The notes: generated from the letters alone by a model not told the origin. Shown: positions 15,614-24,991, numbered from the stretch's first letter. The stretch is DNA of 38,205 bases from Acidimicrobiia bacterium (GCA_009377735.1 WHTL01000001.1:1-38205); one strand, 5' to 3'. Made by a program: numbers and translations.

Positions 15614-16626
15614 GGGGGAGAGCACTTGGAGCGAAGCCTCGGGTACACCCTGAGGGCGTTCTCCGAATAGATCATCTGCTTACTAGTCCTGTCGAGGGCG
15701 GCATTCTCGATGTAGCGTCTGGTGTCATCGAAATGATGCCCGGTCTCGGGGTCCACTCCACGGACCGCTCCGATCGTCTCCGACCCGAACAGGATGTTCT
15801 CGGTAGGAACGACATCGAGGAGAAGGTCGATGCCGCGCTGGTGGTAGACGCAGGTGTCAAAGAAGATGTGTTCCGAAAGTGACTCGAAGTCCCAGCCCTT
15901 GTCAGCCGCCATTCCCTTGAATCGTCCCCAGTGATAGGGGACTGCGCCGCCGCCGTGGGGAACGATCCAGCGGAGCCCGGGGAACCGGGTCATCAAGTCC
16001 GAGGTCAATGCCTGGGTGAACGCGGTGGTGTCCGCCCCCAGATAGTGGGATGCGGTTGTCTGCAGGTTCTCGTTGGTTGAGGTGCTGACGTGGATCATGG
16101 CCGGCACATCGAGCTCCTCCATCTTCTCCCAGAGCGGGTACCAGTACCGGTCCCACAGCGGTGGTCCGTCCCAGTGCCCACCCGATGGATCGGGGTTGAC
16201 ATTGCAGCCGACAAACCCCATCTCGATCACGCACCTCTCAAGCTCCCGCACCGACTCGTCGATTGGCGCACCGGGGGACTGAGGCAGCTGGCAAACAGGG
16301 ACCAAGCTGTCGGGGAAGAGGTCGCACACCCGACGGATCAGCTCGTTCTGATGCTGTGACCAGAACTTCGAGGTGTGGGCATTGCCGACATGGTGGCCCA
16401 TCCAGCTGGCGCGAGGAGAGAAGATGGTGACGTCGATGCCGCGCTCATGCTGGGTCTTGAGCTGGGCGTTCTCGATCGACTCCCGGATCTCGTCATCTGC
16501 CACATCGATGGTGCCCTTCGTTCCCACATACGAAGAGTCGGCAGTGACGGCGGCGACCTGCTCCTCGCGCCATTGTCCGACGCCCGGTGGGGTCGTGGTG
16601 TAGTGGCCGTGACAGTCGATGATCAT
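15610..16626 (-). CDS. ligJ: 4-oxalomesaconate hydratase (amidohydrolase_2 family)
   Basis: Motifs MIIDCHGH, GFVGCNVNPDP, PPLWDRYWYPLWEKMEELDVPAMIH, PHGGGAVPYHWGRF, FFDTCVY. ATGA overlap with the gntR stop. Confidence 0.7.
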   Translation of the reverse strand: MIIDCHGHYTTTPPGVGQWREEQVAAVTADSSYVGTKGTIDVADDEIRESIENAQLKTQHERGIDVTIFSPRASWMGHHVGNAHTSKFWSQHQNELIRRVCDLFPDSLVPVCQLPQSPGAPIDESVRELERCVIEMGFVGCNVNPDPSGGHWDGPPLWDRYWYPLWEKMEELDVPAMIHVSTSTNENLQTTASHYLGADTTAFTQALTSDLMTRFPGLRWIVPHGGGAVPYHWGRFKGMAADKGWDFESLSEHIFFDTCVYHQRGIDLLLDVVPTENILFGSETIGAVRGVDPETGHHFDDTRRYIENAALDRTSKQMIYSENALRVYPRLRSKCSPP

Positions 16627-17267
16627 CCCGATCGATCCCTCACGTCATCCCAAGTCGCCAAGACCTCGATGACCGAGTCGAGATGCTCACCCATCGCTCT
16701 GGCTGCCGCGTCCTCATCTCCCTTCACGACGGCGTCGACAATGGCAGCGTGCTGATCCAGCGAGTCCGCCTGACGACCGGGGACCGCGGCCAGCCGGAAC
16801 TGGTTCTGCACACCACGATTTCTCAGGTTCCGAACCAGCTCGGAAGCCACGCTGTGCCTGCTCATCGACATAAGCTGCTGGTGTAGATGACGGTTTAGGG
16901 TGGCGTACGAGGAGGCGTCTCCGAGTGCTACCGCACCTTGCATGTCTAGGAGAATTCGCTCCAACTCGACAAACTCTTCTTCGGTCCCACGACGCGCCGC
17001 GGCTGTGGCGATCAGCCCTTCAAGGGCGCGACGGGCCTCGGTTATCTCGATGGCTTCCGAGACGGGAATACGACGCACCACCGCACCCCTGTTGGCCCTC
17101 CGGTCGACCAGGACCTCGGTCTCGAGTTGTACCAGCGCCGCACGAATGGCGGCTCGACCACATTGGTAACGCTCAGAGAGCTCTACCTCGATAAGACGCT
17201 CCCCGGGGGAGAAGACACCGTCGAGAATTTCGTGGCGGAGTCGATCCACCACCTGGTCGGTTGGCAT
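16623..17267 (-). CDS. GntR-family transcriptional regulator (FadR/FCD subfamily)
   Basis: N-terminal winged HTH (LIEVELSERYQCGRAAIRAALVQLETEVLV) with an all-helical FCD-like C-domain. It is the first gene of the ligJ-ligK operon. Confidence 0.85.
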   Translation of the reverse strand: MPTDQVVDRLRHEILDGVFSPGERLIEVELSERYQCGRAAIRAALVQLETEVLVDRRANRGAVVRRIPVSEAIEITEARRALEGLIATAAARRGTEEEFVELERILLDMQGAVALGDASSYATLNRHLHQQLMSMSRHSVASELVRNLRNRGVQNQFRLAAVPGRQADSLDQHAAIVDAVVKGDEDAAARAMGEHLDSVIEVLATWDDVRDRSG

Positions 17268-17291
17268 CTCACGAGCTTACCCCAAAGATCA

Positions 17292-17307
17292 TCCACAATA
17301 TTGTGGA
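17292..17307. promoter_or_regulatory. Perfect 16-bp palindrome TCCACAATATTGTGGA in the divergent gntR / dioxygenase intergenic region (candidate GntR operator)
   Basis: Read directly from the sequence. It lies 25 nt upstream of the gntR start and 45 nt upstream of the dioxygenase ATG. Confidence 0.5.
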
Positions 17308-17351
17308 CATGATTGCTGACAACCTTTACGCTGCCGTCAAGAGGAGGATCG

Positions 17352-18311
17352 ATGGGTGACAACGCAAGAGGAAGAGAGATTGCCCACGTTGGCTCGGTCG
17401 AGCTGTTCACTCCGATCCTCGAGGATACACTCGCCTTCTTTGTCGATCTGATGGGGATGGAGCCGGTGGCAGAGCAGGGCGACTCCGTATACGTCCACGC
17501 CTGGGACGACTACGAACTGTTTACCCTCAAACTCACCGCCCGGGAAAAGGCGGGTGTGGGACGGACATACCTTCGGGCATCCAGCCAGGACGCCCTGGAG
17601 AACACCGTTACCCGACTCAACGACATGGGTGTCTCGGGGGAGTGGGTCTCCGACGAGGTAGGGCTGGGCCAGATCTATCTCACCACCGACCCCGACGGTC
17701 ACACGATCGGCTTGTACTGGGAGACGGAGTGGTTTGATGCCCCACCAGAGTTGAAGCCGAGTTTGAAGAATCAGGCGGCGCGTTTTCCAGGGAGGGGCGC
17801 CAACATCCGTCGTCTCGACCATGTCAACTATCTGGCCGCCGATATACCCGGGATGGGGCCGTTCGTCGGTTCTGGTCTGGGTGGGATGAAGACTGAGGAA
17901 ATCCTCGGTCCGGAGGGACCGCCGGCAGCCACCTGGTGGACCTTCAGTGACAAGACATATGACGTCGTCTACAGCGCCGACTGGACGGGGAGCAACGGGC
18001 GGCTACATCACATCGCGCTGGCGGCCGACACCAGGGATGACATCCTGCGCGCCGCCGACGTGTGCCTCGAGAACGACATCCACATCGAGACGGGGCCGCA
18101 CAAGCATGCCATCCAACAGACCTTCTTTCTCTATGTTTGGGAGCCGGGAGGCAATCGGGTCGAGTTGTGCAACGCCGGGGCCAGGATGATGCTCGCCCCC
18201 GATTGGAGGACGATCTCCTGGACCCCCGAGGAGCGGGCCAAAGGTCAGGCCTGGGGTCTCCAGACCATCGAGACATTCCATACCCACGGGACCCCACCGG
18301 TCGATGTGTGA
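17352..18311 (+). CDS. Type I (VOC-fold, two-domain) extradiol ring-cleavage dioxygenase, catechol 2,3-dioxygenase-like
   Basis: Motifs HVGSVELF, HHIALA and ETGPHKHAIQQTFFLYVWEPGGNRVEL are typical of extradiol dioxygenases. SD AGGAGG lies 4 nt before ATG 17352. The track start 17313 is unsupported. Confidence 0.8.
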   Translation: MGDNARGREIAHVGSVELFTPILEDTLAFFVDLMGMEPVAEQGDSVYVHAWDDYELFTLKLTAREKAGVGRTYLRASSQDALENTVTRLNDMGVSGEWVSDEVGLGQIYLTTDPDGHTIGLYWETEWFDAPPELKPSLKNQAARFPGRGANIRRLDHVNYLAADIPGMGPFVGSGLGGMKTEEILGPEGPPAATWWTFSDKTYDVVYSADWTGSNGRLHHIALAADTRDDILRAADVCLENDIHIETGPHKHAIQQTFFLYVWEPGGNRVELCNAGARMMLAPDWRTISWTPEERAKGQAWGLQTIETFHTHGTPPVDV

Positions 18312-18336
18312 GCGTTAGTCGCGCGGTGGTCTCCTG

Positions 18337-18385
18337 AACCCTGGGTTCCAGACGTCGCTCAGCGACGCTCCCAGCCCAAAGTTCG
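18337..18385. repeat. 49-nt intergenic element, copy S3
   Basis: aaccctgggtt palindrome, cgtcgc-tca-gcgacg hairpin, then gcccaaagttcg. It sits between convergent genes ending at 18311 (+) and 18395 (-). Confidence 0.75.
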
Positions 18386-18394
18386 GGGTGAGGG

Positions 18395-19168
18395 TCAGCG
18401 GTGGGAGTGGGCGGCCGCGGTCTGCTCCTTGAGGTGGCGCAGGACCCCCAGTTCCTCTTCGGTGGGCTCAGGCGTCACCGCGACGTTGTCGCTCACCTGT
18501 AGGTCCCACCCCGTGCTCGCCAACACCTCCTGCACCTCGACGCCGGGATGGGTGGCGACCAGGGACATTTCCTTGGTGTCCGGGTCGGGCTCGAGCACCC
18601 CGAGGTCGGTGATGACCACCCGGGGTCCTGAGCCTCGGTGGCCCGCCCTTCCCTCGCCGTTACGGCCGAAGCCGACAGACGTGATGAAATCCACCTGTGG
18701 GACGAAGGTGCGTTTGGAGTGACGGAGCATCACGATCACTTCGCCGCAGGACGATGCAATCTCGGGGGCGCCACCAGCACCTGGGAGTCGCACCCTTGGA
18801 GTCCCATACGGGCCGATCACCGTGCTGTTTAGGTTGGCGAACCGGTCGATCTGGGCGGCGGACAGGAACCCGACGTCAACGCGACCGGCCTGCAGCCAAT
18901 AGGCGAAGATCTCCGGCACACTCACCACCAGATCCGCCTGGTCGGCCAGCTCGCCGTCACCGATGGAGAGGGGCAGGATCTCGGGCCGTGTCCCAATGGT
19001 GCCCGATTCGTAGATCAGTATCACGTTGGGGGCATGGGTGCGCCTGGCCAGATTGGCGGCCTGGCTGGGTAGTCCGATGCCGACGAAGCAGACCTGTCCA
19101 TCATGGAGCTGACGGGCCGCGGTCACCGACATCATCTCGTCCGACGTGTATCCCGCCTCGTCACCCAT
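18395..19168 (-). CDS. Family I CoA-transferase beta subunit (glutaconate/3-oxoadipate CoA-transferase type; probable pcaJ role)
   Basis: The IYESGTIG motif carries the catalytic Glu. It overlaps the alpha-subunit gene by 8 nt and lies next to the pca genes. Confidence 0.75.
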   Translation of the reverse strand: MGDEAGYTSDEMMSVTAARQLHDGQVCFVGIGLPSQAANLARRTHAPNVILIYESGTIGTRPEILPLSIGDGELADQADLVVSVPEIFAYWLQAGRVDVGFLSAAQIDRFANLNSTVIGPYGTPRVRLPGAGGAPEIASSCGEVIVMLRHSKRTFVPQVDFITSVGFGRNGEGRAGHRGSGPRVVITDLGVLEPDPDTKEMSLVATHPGVEVQEVLASTGWDLQVSDNVAVTPEPTEEELGVLRHLKEQTAAAHSHR

Positions 19169-20030
19169 CGAGCACCGTTGTGAATAGGGATCCGTCGTCG
19201 AGGGCGGCCAGATAACCCTCGAAGTCCGTGTCGAGGACGAATGACTTCATCCATTGGGTGAAACGATCACGGTCGCGGGATATGGCATCCCACTGTGTGT
19301 AAAATACGTTGTCGCGGTTTGAGAAACCCATCGAGTAGGACGGATGGGATCCCCGGGGGACACAGACGATCGCCGTCACCGTCCAGGAGGGGAGTACCAC
19401 ATGATTGGGGCCCTGCTGACCCAACTCGTCGACCACCTCCTCGACGGTGACGACCACCGTCTTGGAGGCCAAGGCCACCTCCTTCTGGACCCCGGAGATA
19501 CCCCACAGACCCACATTTCCCTGCCGATCGGCCTGCTGGGCATGGAGCAAAGCCACATCCGGCGTCAGGGCAGGCACCGCCGCCAAGTCCTCACCGGTGA
19601 AGGGACATACGATCGTGGTCATGTTGGTGTGCTCGGCGAGATCGGTGCCGTGGTACCCCCGGAGGATTCCGAAGGGAAGACCGGAAGCACCCGCGGCATA
19701 ACGGGTCGCCATCCCGGCGTGGCTGTGCTCCTCGAGATCGAGCCGATGGGGGTATCCGTTCTCCACGGCATCGCGGAGGCGGTGCAATGATCCGACCCCG
19801 GGATTGCCACCCCAGGAGAAGATCAGGCGGCTGGCACATCCCATCCCGATGACCTGGTCGTATATCACATCGGGTGTCATCCGGATCAGGGCCAGGTCCC
19901 GCTTCCGTTGCCGGATGACCTCATGACCGGCAGCAAAGGGAATGAGGTGGGTGAAGCCCTCCATCGCCACGGTGGAGCCGTCCGGCACCAGGTCCTCGAT
20001 GGCGGAGGGGAGGGTGGTGAACTCAGTCAA
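19161..20030 (-). CDS. Family I CoA-transferase alpha subunit (probable pcaI role)
   Basis: CoA-transferase subunit A-like sequence (VPDGSTVAMEGF...). I prefer the in-frame TTG at 20030, which sits 6 nt after GGGAGGAGG. The track ATG at 20063 is the alternative. Confidence 0.7.
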   Translation of the reverse strand: MTEFTTLPSAIEDLVPDGSTVAMEGFTHLIPFAAGHEVIRQRKRDLALIRMTPDVIYDQVIGMGCASRLIFSWGGNPGVGSLHRLRDAVENGYPHRLDLEEHSHAGMATRYAAGASGLPFGILRGYHGTDLAEHTNMTTIVCPFTGEDLAAVPALTPDVALLHAQQADRQGNVGLWGISGVQKEVALASKTVVVTVEEVVDELGQQGPNHVVLPSWTVTAIVCVPRGSHPSYSMGFSNRDNVFYTQWDAISRDRDRFTQWMKSFVLDTDFEGYLAALDDGSLFTTVLDG

Positions 20031-20111
20031 GCACGACCTCCTCCCTATCCAACAACTCCACATAAGACCGCGACGGCAGTGCCAACATTGGTGCCGCTAG
20101 CGTAGTGCGCC

Positions 20112-21329
20112 ATGGCGATCGGGAGCAGGGAGGTGACCAACCATACGAGTCAGCTGCCAACCCGCACTCAGGTGGCGATCATCGGAGGCGGTCCGGCAGG
20201 GACGCTTCTTTCCTATCTTCTCCATCTCGAGGGTGTCGCCAGTGTTGTCTTGGAGTTGCGATCCCGGGAGCACGTCCTCGGCCGGGTCCGGGCCGGTGTC
20301 ATCGAGTACGGGAGCGCCGGTGTTCTCCGTGCGGCCGGTCTGGGCGATCGAATGGATGGCGAGGGATTCGTACACGACGGGGTAAATCTCGCTTTCGCCA
20401 ACAAGTTGCTCCGAATCGACTTTGGCGGACTTGTCGGCAAGCACGTCGTCATTTACGGGCAGACACAGCTGCAGAAAGACCTCTACGACGCCATGGACAG
20501 AGAGGGGATCGCTCTGGTCGATGAAGCCGAGCAAATCGAAGTACACGACATCGAAACCACCACGCCCCGGGTGATCTTCGACAAGGACGGCGAATCCCAC
20601 TCCCTGAGCTGTGACTATGTCGTGGGGTGTGATGGGGCGCATGGAACGGCCCGTGAGTACATACCCAGCACGGTTAGCCAGACGTTCGAGCGACTTTATC
20701 CCTTCGTCTGGGTGGGTTTGCTCTCGGAAACGCCTCCGGTCAACGACGAGCTGATCTACGCCAACCACCTCGACGGCTTTGCTCTCTGCTCGATGCGGAA
20801 TGAGAACCTGAGCCGCTACTACGTCCAGGGCTCGGCGGAGGACACGCCCGAGGATTGGCCCGACGAGCGCTTCTGGGAGGCCCTGGAGAGACGTCTTCCC
20901 ACCGAAGCCGCGGATCGGCTGGTAACCGGTCCGTCGATCGAGAAGCTGGTCACTCCCCTCCGCAGCTGGGTGTCGGAACCGCTCTCCTATGGTCGTCTCT
21001 ACCTGGCGGGCGATGCCGCTCATGTCGTCCCACCCACGGGAGCCAAGGGACTGAATCTTGCTATCTCCGATGTGGTCTACCTCGCCTCCGCGTTGTCCGA
21101 TTTCTACACGACAGGTTCCACCACGGGGCTGGATGAATACTCGGCCACCGCCCTCTCCCGGGTTTGGAAGGCGGTGCGGTTCTCCTGGTGGTTGACTGCT
21201 TTGATGCATCGCTTCAGCGCCGAGGAGGACTTCGATCGACGGCTGCAGATGGCCGAACTCGATTACCTATTCTCGTCGGAGGCGGCGCAACGGGCCATGG
21301 CGGAGAACTACGTCGGTCTACTGTTGTGA
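20112..21329 (+). CDS. pobA: 4-hydroxybenzoate 3-monooxygenase
   Basis: Motifs TQVAIIGGGPAGTLL (FAD GxGxxG), CDGAHG, LAGDAAHVVPPTGAKGLNLA and a PobA-like C-terminus. Confidence 0.9.
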   Translation: MAIGSREVTNHTSQLPTRTQVAIIGGGPAGTLLSYLLHLEGVASVVLELRSREHVLGRVRAGVIEYGSAGVLRAAGLGDRMDGEGFVHDGVNLAFANKLLRIDFGGLVGKHVVIYGQTQLQKDLYDAMDREGIALVDEAEQIEVHDIETTTPRVIFDKDGESHSLSCDYVVGCDGAHGTAREYIPSTVSQTFERLYPFVWVGLLSETPPVNDELIYANHLDGFALCSMRNENLSRYYVQGSAEDTPEDWPDERFWEALERRLPTEAADRLVTGPSIEKLVTPLRSWVSEPLSYGRLYLAGDAAHVVPPTGAKGLNLAISDVVYLASALSDFYTTGSTTGLDEYSATALSRVWKAVRFSWWLTALMHRFSAEEDFDRRLQMAELDYLFSSEAAQRAMAENYVGLLL

Positions 21330-21351
21330 ACTCCCCGACACGGAGTAGAGG

Positions 21352-21729
21352 GTGACCGAGATGAGCAGGTATGAGAAGGGCATGTCGATGCGCCGTCAGG
21401 TCTTGGGTGACGATCACGTCGATCGGACCACTGCCGCCGCCAGCGATGTCGATCGTGACTTCCAGCGCTGGATAACCGAATCGGTGTGGGGTGGCCTCTG
21501 GAGCCGTCCCCAGATCGACCTTCGGGAGCGCAGCATGGTTACGATTGCGATTCTGGGCGCCCTGGGACATGAGGAGCTGGAACTGCATCTGCAAGCCGCC
21601 CACAACACCGGGTTGGACGCCGAGGACATCAGCGAGGTACTCCTCCATGTTGCCGCATATGCCGGGGCCCCCGCCGCCAACCGGGCATTCAAGACGATGA
21701 AGTCGATCTACGAGGAGGGCGGATCATGA
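21352..21729 (+). CDS. pcaC: 4-carboxymuconolactone decarboxylase
   Basis: Motifs RYEKGMSMRRQVLGDDHVDR and the CMD-family core LRERSMVTIAILGALG...ELELH. The start is GTG 21352 or ATG 21361. Confidence 0.85.
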   Translation: MTEMSRYEKGMSMRRQVLGDDHVDRTTAAASDVDRDFQRWITESVWGGLWSRPQIDLRERSMVTIAILGALGHEELELHLQAAHNTGLDAEDISEVLLHVAAYAGAPAANRAFKTMKSIYEEGGS

Positions 21730-22451
21730 CCAATCCCCTGGTGCGGCACTATGGTCCCCGGGCCTATGCCGACCACCCGCCATTCAGCTACCCCGAGTAT
21801 CGCTCGACGGTGAAGCGAAGTCCCACCCAGGACCCGATCCCCATCGTCGCCACCCTGTCGGAGAGCACCGGGCCCGGTCCGGTCTGGTCGGAGATGGCCG
21901 AGGAGGATGCCGACCTCACCACCAATGCCGGAACGGGTGAGCCTGCGATAGGCGAGCGCATCATCGTTACCGGCCGGGTTCTCGACGAGAACGGCGGTGG
22001 TGTACCGGGGACACTCCTCGAGATCTGGCAGCCCAACGCCTGCGGCCGATATGTCCACTGGAGAGAGGTCGATTTCCCCGCACCACTCGATCCCAACTTC
22101 ATTGGGGTCGGCCAGTGTCGCACCGATGACAGCGGAACCTACCGCTTCACCACCATCAAACCCGGGCCCTACCCATGGGGAAACCACCCCAATGCGTGGC
22201 GACCGGCGCACATCCATTACTCGGTACTCGGCCCCTCCCTCGGAACCCGTCTCGTCACCCAGATGTACTTCGAAGGCGATCCCTTGCTCCCACTCGACCC
22301 GATCTACAACTCGCCGCCGCCGCACTCAAGGGTGCGGATGGTGGCCCGATACGACCACGAAGTCACCATCGAGAATTGGGCGCTGGGGTGGCGCTGGGAC
22401 ATCGTGCTCCGTGGGGAATTTGCCACGCCGGCGGATGAGGATCACCAGTGA
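21726..22451 (+). CDS. pcaH: Protocatechuate 3,4-dioxygenase beta subunit
   Basis: Motifs LEIWQPNACGRYVH, YRFTTIKPGPYPW, RPAHIHYSV, QMYFEGDPL. ATGA overlap with pcaC. Confidence 0.9.
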   Translation: MTNPLVRHYGPRAYADHPPFSYPEYRSTVKRSPTQDPIPIVATLSESTGPGPVWSEMAEEDADLTTNAGTGEPAIGERIIVTGRVLDENGGGVPGTLLEIWQPNACGRYVHWREVDFPAPLDPNFIGVGQCRTDDSGTYRFTTIKPGPYPWGNHPNAWRPAHIHYSVLGPSLGTRLVTQMYFEGDPLLPLDPIYNSPPPHSRVRMVARYDHEVTIENWALGWRWDIVLRGEFATPADEDHQ

Positions 22452-23026
22452 GTGCCAGCTTCGGGCAAACCCCTTCTCAGACGGTGGGGCCCTACTACTC
22501 GATGCGTCTCGGGGGAGAGGGACAGAACGTCGTCACCAGCCCGGACGGAGAACCGATCATCATTACCGGGCGGGTATTCGACGGTGACCGAAATCCGATC
22601 GAGGACGCCCTGCTTGAGACTTGGCAGGCGAACCCGAACGGGAGGTACAACCATCCCGACGACACGAGGGAACTCGATCTCGACTCAGCCTTCACAGGAT
22701 TCGCCCGGGCCATGTCGAACTTTGAGACTGGGACCTACCACATCGAGACAGTGAAGCCTGGACCGGTTCCGGATATCGAAGACTCGTTTCAGGCGCCACA
22801 CATCTCGATGGTGATTCAGGGGAGGGGGATGCTCAACCCGTGCTACACCCGGATCTACTTCTCCGATGAGGAGGACGCCAACCGAGACGACCTCGTCTTG
22901 GCGGCGGTCCCGGCGTGGCGACGCGACACCCTCGTTGCCGAAGCTGTGGACGGCACCAACCCCCGGGAATACATTTTCGACGTGAGGTTCCAGGGCGACG
23001 ACGAGACGGTCTTCTTCGATTTCTAA
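22448..23026 (+). CDS. pcaG: Protocatechuate 3,4-dioxygenase alpha subunit
   Basis: Motifs QTPSQTVGPYY, LETWQANPNGRYNH, TVKPGPVP, APHISMV, RIYF. GTGA overlap with pcaH. Confidence 0.9.
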   Translation: MSASFGQTPSQTVGPYYSMRLGGEGQNVVTSPDGEPIIITGRVFDGDRNPIEDALLETWQANPNGRYNHPDDTRELDLDSAFTGFARAMSNFETGTYHIETVKPGPVPDIEDSFQAPHISMVIQGRGMLNPCYTRIYFSDEEDANRDDLVLAAVPAWRRDTLVAEAVDGTNPREYIFDVRFQGDDETVFFDF

Positions 23027-23049
23027 GTGCTAAACCCGGAAGGCACGAC

Positions 23050-24186
23050 ATGGTCCATCCTCTAGAAAACGGCTTCTCCACCCCGGCGATGGCTGAGGTG
23101 TTCTCAGCCCCGGAAACTGTCGCTGCCATCATCTCCTTCGAGGCTGAGCTTGCCTTGGCTCTGGTCGATGCCGGTCTGGCCCCGTCGGAGGAGGCGAGTG
23201 AGGTCGCCGCTGCCTGTCGGGAACCCGTGGACGACCCCGAGGGGATTCTCGCCTCGGTTTGGGATAGTGGAACCCCTCTGATCGCCCTAAGAGAGGTCGT
23301 CGCCACTCGCATCGACGAATCCGCCCTGAGGTGGTTCCACCATGGTGCCACCACTCAGGACGCCATAGACACCGGTCACATGATCCAGGCCAAGAAGGCC
23401 CTCGGGGTCCTCGATGAGTCGTTGACTCAGGTGACCCGAACACTGCGGGGGCTGGTCACCGAATACCGAGAGCAGCCCCAGATGGGGCGAACCTTCCTCC
23501 AGTACGCCCGACCCACCACCTTTGGGTTCAGGGCCGCCCAATGGCTCGATGCCGTTCTTACCAACATCGACGATCTCAGACACGAACGGGAGAATCTCAG
23601 GCTGCAGTTGGGGGGAAGTGTCGGCACCATGGCCTCATACGGATTGGCCGCCACCGAGGTGCTGCTGTCACTGGCTCGGCGTCTCGACCTGCAACCTCCC
23701 AACATCGCCTGGCACTCGGACCGTTCCTCCGTGCATGCCCTCGCCGAGGCCGTAGCCAGATCGGCGCAGACCATGGCGAAGATCGCCGGGGATATCGTCC
23801 TCCTCGCCCAAAGCGACGTCGCCGAGGTAAAGGTGCGCCCTGGGAGATCCTCCAGCATGCCGGAGAAGCGCAACCCGATCGACGCCATCCGGGCGCGGGC
23901 GGCGGCCGGGGCATGCCACGGCTTTGCGGCAATGCTCACCTCCGCCCCACCCCCCGAGCTGGACCGAGGAATCGGGGGTTGGCATCTCGAGGGGTTCGCC
24001 TTGCCTCGCGTGTTCACCTCCGCGGGGGCAGCCGTCGAGGCGATCGGGCTGTGTCTGGAGAGTCTCACCGTCAACACCACCAGGATGGCGGCGCCGGTCA
24101 CGGGCGAGGATCTGAAGACCTTGCAAGCCGTGGACCCCCGTCAGATCGACCGGGTTCTCACCCGATTCAACAAGACGGTGATGTGA
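23050..24186 (+). CDS. pcaB: 3-carboxy-cis,cis-muconate cycloisomerase (fumarase/ASL superfamily)
   Basis: Signature GRSSSMPEKRNP and a HHGATTQD motif. ATG 23050 is preceded by GGAAGG. The track ORF start 22915 overlaps pcaG. Confidence 0.85.
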   Translation: MVHPLENGFSTPAMAEVFSAPETVAAIISFEAELALALVDAGLAPSEEASEVAAACREPVDDPEGILASVWDSGTPLIALREVVATRIDESALRWFHHGATTQDAIDTGHMIQAKKALGVLDESLTQVTRTLRGLVTEYREQPQMGRTFLQYARPTTFGFRAAQWLDAVLTNIDDLRHERENLRLQLGGSVGTMASYGLAATEVLLSLARRLDLQPPNIAWHSDRSSVHALAEAVARSAQTMAKIAGDIVLLAQSDVAEVKVRPGRSSSMPEKRNPIDAIRARAAAGACHGFAAMLTSAPPPELDRGIGGWHLEGFALPRVFTSAGAAVEAIGLCLESLTVNTTRMAAPVTGEDLKTLQAVDPRQIDRVLTRFNKTVM

Positions 24187-24980
24187 CTGGCCTTGCCGGT
24201 CGTACCGGGACAATCCGCTGGTCCGACACCGGTGGCGACCACCGACCCACCGTCATCCTGATCCACTCGTTGGGAACAGACCGAACCCTGTGGGCTCACC
24301 AGATGGCTGCACTGTCCGAGATACGCCGTGTCCTGACGATCGACCTTCCCGGACACGGGGAGTCGTCGGCCCGGCCAGGCCTGTACACGATCGAGGATCT
24401 GGGAATGGATATTCTCGATGTTGCCCGGGAGTGTGGTGTGGCCCAGTTCGACGTATGTGGAATCTCCATGGGTGGTTTCATCTCCCTGTGGCTGGCGTGT
24501 CACGCCCCCGACGCGGTATCGACTCTCATCGCCGGGAACACCGCCACCCGTCTTGGCTCGGCCGAGTTGTGGTCGGAACGCATCGGGACGGTGGAGACCC
24601 ATGGCATGAAGGCAATCCGAGAAGCCGTCGTGGGGCGCTTTTTCGCACCGGGATTCGAAGACCGCTCCTCGGGAGACTTCGAGGCAATTAACAGGGTCTT
24701 CGCTGCCACGGACCCGATCGGTTATGTCGGTTGCTGCGCCGCCCTACGCGACGCCGACCTCACCGAGGACGTGACCAGGATCGACTGTCCCACCCTGATC
24801 ATCGCCGGAGAACACGACGTGGCCGCGCCGCCAGAGCAGTCGCACCACCTCAACGATCAGATCAGCGACAGCCGCGTGGTGGTGGTCCCGGGAACGGGAC
24901 ACCTGTCGAACCTCGAGGCGCCAACCCTGTTCAATCGAGAGGTCCTCGCCATCCTGGATGGCGGACCTCCCCCCATCTAG
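24183..24980 (+). CDS. pcaD: 3-oxoadipate enol-lactonase (alpha/beta hydrolase)
   Basis: Motifs ILIHSLGTDRTLW, nucleophile elbow GISMGG and PGTGHLSNLE. GTG 24183 forms a GTGA overlap with the pcaB stop. The upstream part of track ORF 23541-24980 is a shadow frame inside pcaB. Confidence 0.85.
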   Translation: MTGLAGRTGTIRWSDTGGDHRPTVILIHSLGTDRTLWAHQMAALSEIRRVLTIDLPGHGESSARPGLYTIEDLGMDILDVARECGVAQFDVCGISMGGFISLWLACHAPDAVSTLIAGNTATRLGSAELWSERIGTVETHGMKAIREAVVGRFFAPGFEDRSSGDFEAINRVFAATDPIGYVGCCAALRDADLTEDVTRIDCPTLIIAGEHDVAAPPEQSHHLNDQISDSRVVVVPGTGHLSNLEAPTLFNREVLAILDGGPPPI

Positions 24981-24991
24981 AAATCATATGG

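Noticed and set aside
20097-21209. 370-aa minus-strand ORF
   Set aside because: It lies entirely antisense to pobA, whose product shows unmistakable FAD-monooxygenase motifs. It is a shadow ORF typical of high-GC DNA, and its sequence is low-complexity and Arg/Gly/Pro-rich.
23541-24182. N-terminal 214 codons of track ORF 23541-24980
   Set aside because: This part is an alternative frame inside pcaB and is Arg/Gly/Pro-rich. The real enol-lactonase starts at GTG 24183, which overlaps the pcaB stop.
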